In this document: positions 58,598 through 64,000 of the stretch, piece by piece
Numbering within the stretch: the first letter of the stretch is position 1
Layout of the letters: every line of letters begins with the position of its first letter
Virus record (IMG/VR): IMGVR_UViG_3300042386_000493
DNA: 64,000 nt
Origin: an uncultured virus (IMG/VR IMGVR_UViG_3300042386_000493)
Taxonomy: Duplodnaviria; Heunggongvirae; Uroviricota; Caudoviricetes
Direction: 5' to 3' (one strand)
The notes under the pieces: model-generated
Told to the model about the DNA's origin: nothing
The model's input: the letters and a program-made list of their open reading frames with translations, nothing else
The model's database searches: none
Position numbers and translations under genes: made by a program

Positions 58598-61000
58598 TCA
58601 ATCGTACATTTCAATCAAACCGCCACCGTCTTGTTTGTCGTCATTCCTTTTCATTAACTCCGTAAACTTGCTTTCAGCACCAAGTAGCGCCATACCCCCA
58701 GCCGCAAATAAGTCTAAGTCCGTCATATCTTCAAAACTTTGAGCGTCACCAATTTCCTCCAACAACTCCAAGTGTCTTGCCCTATGACCCACATTGTTTA
58801 CGTAGTCACCGTACTTGCTAAATATTCTTTCCTTAGTCGCGTTATCCGTCCATACACCCACTACTTTTTCAAATTCTCCCCTAACGTGGTTGAACATTGG
58901 TAATAAAAATGCGCTTGCGTTATTTACCTTAAAGTAAGTTATCAAGTGACCAACGTTTCTTTCCGACACCACCATAGAGCCAAATAGAGCCGCCGCCATT
59001 AGCATATCTTCGCAATACTCGTCCGTAGTTTCAGTCCTGTTGTTATACGTCATTACAAAGTCTCCCGTGATGTGGTCGGATGGTGACTTATCCGCAGAGT
59101 CAATTAGCGGGTTAGTAGGCATAAACATTGCCCCACCACCGTTTGATTTCTTCTTACTTGTTGTGTCTGCGGCGTTAAAGCTAAATGGGTCACAACCTAG
59201 CACATACCTACCTAAAAGTTCGGTCTTAGGCTTAAAAGAATTTTGAGCGTCGTCCCAAATAAATTGGTTTCGATACATTTCGGCTGGCGGTAAACTTAGA
59301 ATAAACTTACCCTCTTCTCCTTCGGGTGGGTCTACAATTTCTATCGTACTCCATCTCCCTTGCGTCCATTTCAAATTTACACTTCTCGTTTGGTTGTCCA
59401 CAAATTTTAAGTCTGCCATACGACCCATCAACTTGCTAATATCCCAAAAGTTTGTCTTATTCGCCTTACTTGCCGCTTCTCTTAGAGTAAATGGGTTGTT
59501 ACGCTTCTCTGTGTTCAACGCCACAAAGTTCTTTTGTTCCTCGTAAAACTTTCTATTTTTTAGCAAATAAGACTTAGCTCCTTCTTCAACTAATATCCCG
59601 TCCAAGTTTTTAACCACGGGGAATGGGTCTTCAATTATTGAGTACCCGAACTCATCTACGAATCCGTCGTAACCGTCGTATGCTGGAATAAACAAAGTTA
59701 CTAGCCCCGATACCGTTTGACCATTATCGTTTCTCTTATGACTAAAGGACTGCTTACATAAATCAAAATACTCCTTACCCCCGCCGCTTTCAAACTCTCC
59801 AAAAGTAGAGGTGTAAATCGCTAACCCGTGAACCTTTTGACCTTGTGCCAATGCGTTCTTAATTGTATCAGCAAATTCAAAGGCAATATCCGCGTTTTCC
59901 TTTTTTCCCGCCTCGTCATTTAAGTAAAAGAATAGCTTGTTACCGTCAAACGCTTTGTTGGCGGAACTACGTGGTATAATCCAACCGCCGTGACTTACTA
60001 TGTCATCACCGAAATTAGTAGCGCCCTTCTTAGTAAAAACTAGAGCGTTAGTGTCGGACGGGTTAGCGGTTGGCTTAAAAAAGAACGGGTAGTGATACCA
60101 GCTCTTTAATATCTTGCCTTGATAAACGTCTTTTGTTGCCGTTTCCTCCGTCAATGCTTGAATAGCGAAAGTCCCCATTGAGTTGTCTATCGCTACTCTA
60201 GTTCCTACGTGCGCTCCCATAAATGTAGCCCCAACCCTTCGACGTTTCGGGAACACAACCCCTAGCACCGTTCTAAAGTCCATTTCTACATTCTTAAAAC
60301 CCTTTCCGTTGTTGTCGTCCAAAATATAATCGTTACCACCCGTTTCAAGTCGGCAGTATTGGTTCGCGCTCATTAAATTGTTGAAATACTTGGTTCGTAC
60401 TTCTCCTCTCTTTCTAAATGTAGCCTTGTACTTGAAGTTAGTTTCGGTTGTGGTATAAGCCCACTTAAAGAAGTGGAATATTCGTCTATCTACGTCACGG
60501 TAGTCGGGGAGTCTATCCCTTCTCCTGTCGTTGTCTATAAGCCAATAATTGAGGTAGGTAAAGTGCCATCCGCAAATGTAGGTAGGGCGACCTTTGATAA
60601 AACACCAATACCCTTGCAGACTTCTCTTAATAATGACTTTCATCCATTCTATTTCGTCTTTGTAGAATAAAGGATTGGACTCAATTTCATCAAAAATATC
60701 TTCGGTGTATATCTTCTTGTCGTCTTTTATGTTGTACTTGCGACGCATATTTTCTTCTATGTTCGCTAGTTTTGGAGGCAGTTTAAACAAGCCCCCATCT
60801 CGATAAGTGTCGAACTTTTGTTTTTCGGGCGGCAAACCGTAACCGTCAATTTCTTTAATTGCTTCTAGCCACGGCTTTCCAAAAAACGATTCAACACTTG
60901 GCATTCGAACTTCAATCCCACCTTCAACGGCAAGGTCAGGGTCGTTCTCGTTATAAAAAATTGAAGTTTCTTCTTTTATGTATTGGTCTAGGTACTCCAT
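58598..61000 (-). CDS. terL: Terminase large subunit
   Basis: Walker A-type PKRRRVGAT, Walker B YLNDEAGK, nuclease LGCDPF, ERN, DLFAA. Confidence 0.9.
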   Translation of the reverse strand: MEYLDQYIKEETSIFYNENDPDLAVEGGIEVRMPSVESFFGKPWLEAIKEIDGYGLPPEKQKFDTYRDGGLFKLPPKLANIEENMRRKYNIKDDKKIYTEDIFDEIESNPLFYKDEIEWMKVIIKRSLQGYWCFIKGRPTYICGWHFTYLNYWLIDNDRRRDRLPDYRDVDRRIFHFFKWAYTTTETNFKYKATFRKRGEVRTKYFNNLMSANQYCRLETGGNDYILDDNNGKGFKNVEMDFRTVLGVVFPKRRRVGATFMGAHVGTRVAIDNSMGTFAIQALTEETATKDVYQGKILKSWYHYPFFFKPTANPSDTNALVFTKKGATNFGDDIVSHGGWIIPRSSANKAFDGNKLFFYLNDEAGKKENADIAFEFADTIKNALAQGQKVHGLAIYTSTFGEFESGGGKEYFDLCKQSFSHKRNDNGQTVSGLVTLFIPAYDGYDGFVDEFGYSIIEDPFPVVKNLDGILVEEGAKSYLLKNRKFYEEQKNFVALNTEKRNNPFTLREAASKANKTNFWDISKLMGRMADLKFVDNQTRSVNLKWTQGRWSTIEIVDPPEGEEGKFILSLPPAEMYRNQFIWDDAQNSFKPKTELLGRYVLGCDPFSFNAADTTSKKKSNGGGAMFMPTNPLIDSADKSPSDHITGDFVMTYNNRTETTDEYCEDMLMAAALFGSMVVSERNVGHLITYFKVNNASAFLLPMFNHVRGEFEKVVGVWTDNATKERIFSKYGDYVNNVGHRARHLELLEEIGDAQSFEDMTDLDLFAAGGMALLGAESKFTELMKRNDDKQDGGGLIEMYD

Positions 61001-61003
61001 AGA

Positions 61004-61720
61004 TTAATCTCCTACTTCGGAATATATTTTTCCACCCTTAGCTTGATGCGGCTTTTCCACCTTGTAGTTTTGCATCACACGCTCCTCTACTCGCAAACCG
61101 AGTGTAGCGTAAGCAACAAACTCGCTTACTTCTTGCTCTAATATTTTGCTCTTATCATTCTCCAGCATTCGCTTCTTACACTCCTCAATTTGTTTTCTAA
61201 TGTCCTCAATAGCCTTTTGTCTTGCCACTTGTTTTGTTGGGTCGTCTGGCAGTTTCATACTAAGCACCTCTTCCAAGTCCTCTTGCGACTTTAGCATAAT
61301 AGCCCAATCGCTTGAACATTGCAACGTTAGGAAAGCCGCTATCTTTTTTAAGATTAAACGGTTCTTGTTCGCCAACATATCACTTACGTTCCTTTCGTAC
61401 TTGTTCTCTTTGTTGGGAAAGATATTAAGCATTTCCATTATCTTAGTTTTCCGCTTTCCTATCTTTGGGTAACTATCGATATAACTACTTCCTAGCGCGT
61501 ACATCATTATAATATACCGCATTACAAGTTCGTTGTCTAGCCCGTTTAAGGTCACAAGACGCACCTCTTTGCTTGTTTCTCCGTCATCACCCACTATCTC
61601 TACTTCTAATTCCATTTCGGTAGTTGTAAAGACTTCTAATGAGTTTAGTTCTGCGTGGGCGGTAAATACAGACTCGCTACCAAGCCTGTACTTACCAACC
61701 GTTTCAGTTTTCTTTTTCAT
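61004..61720 (-). CDS. Helical protein upstream of terL (small terminase candidate)
   Basis: Position and coiled-coil character only. Confidence 0.4.
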   Translation of the reverse strand: MKKKTETVGKYRLGSESVFTAHAELNSLEVFTTTEMELEVEIVGDDGETSKEVRLVTLNGLDNELVMRYIIMMYALGSSYIDSYPKIGKRKTKIMEMLNIFPNKENKYERNVSDMLANKNRLILKKIAAFLTLQCSSDWAIMLKSQEDLEEVLSMKLPDDPTKQVARQKAIEDIRKQIEECKKRMLENDKSKILEQEVSEFVAYATLGLRVEERVMQNYKVEKPHQAKGGKIYSEVGD

Positions 61721-62423
61721 CTTTTGTTTGTTTTGCTAATATGTCCGTCGACCGAAAGTAATAGAACTCGTCTAGTTCACTACGATAGTCGTCCTCCAAC
61801 TTCCCCGCCACCCCGCCATTTGAGTCTATTTTGACGGTATCTCCTATTTCACATCGGATAATTTGTCTACCACTAGCGTATTTACCGTGAAAACTTGGCA
61901 CGTACACAACTTTAAACCTATCGGGTGGTGGCTCAGATAAACTCGAAACGCTTAAATCGATTATACTGCTTTTTACCGCTTCGGTTTTTACCGCAATACA
62001 CCTATCATTCAAGGCTATCATCTTGTCGCCTCTTTTCGCTAAATAGATTTCGGGATATGGAATAATAATATACTCCTTGCCGTCTACTTCAAATCTTGCG
62101 TTCTCTTTTAGCAAGAGCAAGTTACCCGTAGCGTTAGCGCTCCACCACACTTTATCTCCCACCTCCAGCTCCATTTCGCTTTTGAAGTCGTAACCCATTT
62201 GTAGAATATCAGTATTCACGGGTATCTTTATAACCAATCCACTACGGGCGGCAAAACTTGAACGGGTTTCATCTCCAACTGGGTTAATGTGGATTGAGCC
62301 TATCTTGGACGTTTCAAATTCATCGACCAAAATAAGAACGCGCCCGTCTTTCATTACCATTCGGTCAAACTGTTCTTTTGTTAAATTCATTTTGTTTATA
62401 AGTATAGCCCCAACAATATCCAA
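61704..62423 (-). CDS. Tandem double GroES-like protein
   Basis: DGRVLI..SGLVIKIP..LEVGDKVWW..FEVDGKEYIIIPYPEI, then LNDRCIA..IGDTVKI..YYFRSTDILA. Confidence 0.7.
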   Translation of the reverse strand: MDIVGAILINKMNLTKEQFDRMVMKDGRVLILVDEFETSKIGSIHINPVGDETRSSFAARSGLVIKIPVNTDILQMGYDFKSEMELEVGDKVWWSANATGNLLLLKENARFEVDGKEYIIIPYPEIYLAKRGDKMIALNDRCIAVKTEAVKSSIIDLSVSSLSEPPPDRFKVVYVPSFHGKYASGRQIIRCEIGDTVKIDSNGGVAGKLEDDYRSELDEFYYFRSTDILAKQTKDEKEN

Positions 62424-62794
62424 ATAGTAGCCATATACCCGATTAAGAGTAAGTATAGCCTAGTGGAATAAGTAAACGAAAAGATAGCGGTTGTACCGTG
62501 ACTTTGCGCTTTCCATTTTAATTTATATATCGTCGGGTTCAATTTGTTTCTAACTACGTAATAAGCCCCGTCGTGGTAGAAAGGGAATGTTAAGGTTGCG
62601 GGAATAAACATCAGGTAACTGCATTTAAGCCCGTAAATAAGCGTTGTCACTATAACACCTCGGATAACCGTAAAGAGTACGTGTATGTGCTTGTATTTGA
62701 ATCCAAGGTCTGGACGAAGGTGAAATAAAATAGCTTCTTGCTCTCCCAAGATTATCGCTACTACCGTCCATAATGTTAAGAATAACAATTCCAT
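62396..62794 (-). CDS. Membrane protein
   Basis: Several hydrophobic segments and FPFYHDGAYY; TATATTTG-CCTT-ATG promoter at 62799-62806. Confidence 0.65.
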   Translation of the reverse strand: MELLFLTLWTVVAIILGEQEAILFHLRPDLGFKYKHIHVLFTVIRGVIVTTLIYGLKCSYLMFIPATLTFPFYHDGAYYVVRNKLNPTIYKLKWKAQSHGTTAIFSFTYSTRLYLLLIGYMATIWILLGLYL

Positions 62795-62888
62795 AAGGCA
62801 AATATAGTGTAAAAGCCGAACCCCTCACGAAAGAGGGGCGCGGTTTATTAAACAAAACAAAATGAAAACATTTGTACCGAACGGCACA

Positions 62889-63113
62889 TCATTTCACAAA
62901 GTTACGCTTATAATTGTCGTATGCCGCACCCCCTCGGAAATAAATTGTAACAATAGCCGCCACAAAGATTAGCGGTACTGACCAAACACTCCAATTCACC
63001 AAATACTCATAGTTTTTCGTGATTGTAATCACCGAAAATAGGGTAAAAATGGTGAACAGGACAATTAGGTTGGTGTAATTGTTCCTTTTAAAATACTCTC
63101 GTTTAGTTATCAT
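62889..63113 (-). CDS. Two-TM membrane protein
   Basis: Two hydrophobic stretches. Confidence 0.6.
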   Translation of the reverse strand: MITKREYFKRNNYTNLIVLFTIFTLFSVITITKNYEYLVNWSVWSVPLIFVAAIVTIYFRGGAAYDNYKRNFVK

Positions 63114-63637
63114 TTTAGTTCCTTTATCTTTTGTTTGTACACCTCTATCAGTTCTTTGATTTCGGGTATTGTTAGTTTTAACTCTCCGTTTCTTCTCTCA
63201 TTTAATTTATCAAACTCCTCTTGCCCTATTCGATTTGGCAATCTTAATGCGTACTCTACTAGGTTTCCGTGTAGGTGGAGATTGCAATGGGAGCAACTTC
63301 TAAAAACGTTCATTTCATCAAATCTAAGATTGGGATAACTGCCTACTGACCAAAAATGGGAAGCGTGACCGTTTGTCACGGGTCTATCACAACTAATACA
63401 AGGCAACCCCTTATCTCTCTCTCTTATGTAAGTATTGAAAACTTTTTGAAGTAAGTTACGCCAGTCACTAGCCGTCATTAATGCCTCTAGCCTAACCTTC
63501 TTTTCTTTTGCCCAGCTCTTTTTACTTTCCTTTTTACCTTCCGCTATTGCACACGCTACTGAGCAAGTCTTTTGAAAAGAGTTATTGGGACTAAACTTGT
63601 TTCCGCATTGCTTACATTTCTTTTCTTTAGTTCGCAC
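63110..63637 (-). CDS. ninG: NinG/Rap-family endonuclease
   Basis: CKQC..CSVAC, QKVFNTYIRERD..LPCISC, HASHF, LRFDEMNV..CSHCN. Confidence 0.9.
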   Translation of the reverse strand: MRTKEKKCKQCGNKFSPNNSFQKTCSVACAIAEGKKESKKSWAKEKKVRLEALMTASDWRNLLQKVFNTYIRERDKGLPCISCDRPVTNGHASHFWSVGSYPNLRFDEMNVFRSCSHCNLHLHGNLVEYALRLPNRIGQEEFDKLNERRNGELKLTIPEIKELIEVYKQKIKELK

Positions 63638-63669
63638 CTCGTTTTAAATTTAAGTCAATCTCATTGTAG

Positions 63670-63810
63670 CAGTAATAGTGTAAAATGAAATAGAACCGTT
63701 GGTTTCGGTAAGATGCAGAGGCTAAAGTTTCGACGAAGAAACTTCTTTGTTCTCCGCTATACTTATTCATCCAACTTGCCGAGTGGTCAACGGTTCTTTT
63801 CACATTACTG
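63670..63810. ncRNA. Candidate multi-stem structured RNA
   Basis: Nested inverted repeats CAGTAAT/ATTACTG, AGAACCGTTG/CAACGGTTCT, TCGGTAAG/CTTGCCGA, AAGTTTC/GAAACTT. Confidence 0.5.
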
Positions 63811-63840
63811 TCGGGTAATTAGTTCGTATTCACATAGTTA

Positions 63841-64000
63841 TCAAAATGGTAACGAATCCGAGTCACTATCATTTCCTTTTCCGCTACTAGCGCCTTCTTT
63901 AAAAACACCCCAAGCCTCGCACTTAGTGTACCATTGCCCGTTGTATTCGCGGCTTTCAGGCTCGTTATACTTCACCGTTACGGTGTCTCCTAAACCTACT
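63841..64000 (-). CDS. DUF3127-family ssDNA-binding protein (5' end outside the window)
   Basis: Manual: GDTVTVKYNEPESREYNGQWYTKCEAW...DSDSDSLPF*, with an SSB-type acidic LPF tail. Confidence 0.8.
   Translation of the reverse strand, partial: VGLGDTVTVKYNEPESREYNGQWYTKCEAWGVFKEGASSGKGNDSDSDSLPF

Noticed and set aside
22534..63338. Numerous plus-strand ORFs in the track opposite the structural genes
   Set aside because: Ser/Phe/Leu-rich antisense shadows of Lys/Glu-rich genes, with no leaders or motifs
1..64000. Stop-codon reassignment as in some crAss-like phages
   Set aside because: Coding density is high under code 11, the giant ORFs are intact, and TAG and TGA end normal genes (e.g. 19731 and 21226 for TAG; ATGA overlaps for TGA)

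Overview
The window covers most of a tailed dsDNA phage genome, probably a podovirus of a Bacteroidota host. Host evidence: TAnnTTTG -7 promoters, A-rich leaders without Shine-Dalgarno sites and a DUF3127-type SSB. Layout: (1) 1-8.9 kb, minus strand: replication and accessory genes (primase-polymerase/helicase fusion missed by the ORF track, replisome organiser, PAPS-reductase-like protein, metallophosphoesterase, NinB, RepL-like protein). (2) 8.9-9.8 kb: divergent, repeat-rich control region. (3) 9.8-21.4 kb, plus strand: small early genes, ERF, GroES-like protein, spanin-like pair, glycosyltransferase. (4) 21.4-64 kb, minus strand: lysis genes, two giant ejection/polyvalent proteins with a ferritin gene between them, tail, capsid, scaffold, portal and terminase genes in crAss-like order, then a double-GroES protein, NinG and SSB. 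Most striking: the only Cys of the 2938-aa protein is its last residue while the next giant protein starts Met-Ala-Cys; a translationally coupled ferritin sits between the two; a kissing-loop attenuator precedes the replication operon; and there are two candidate structured ncRNAs. All family calls come from motif recognition by eye; no searches were run.
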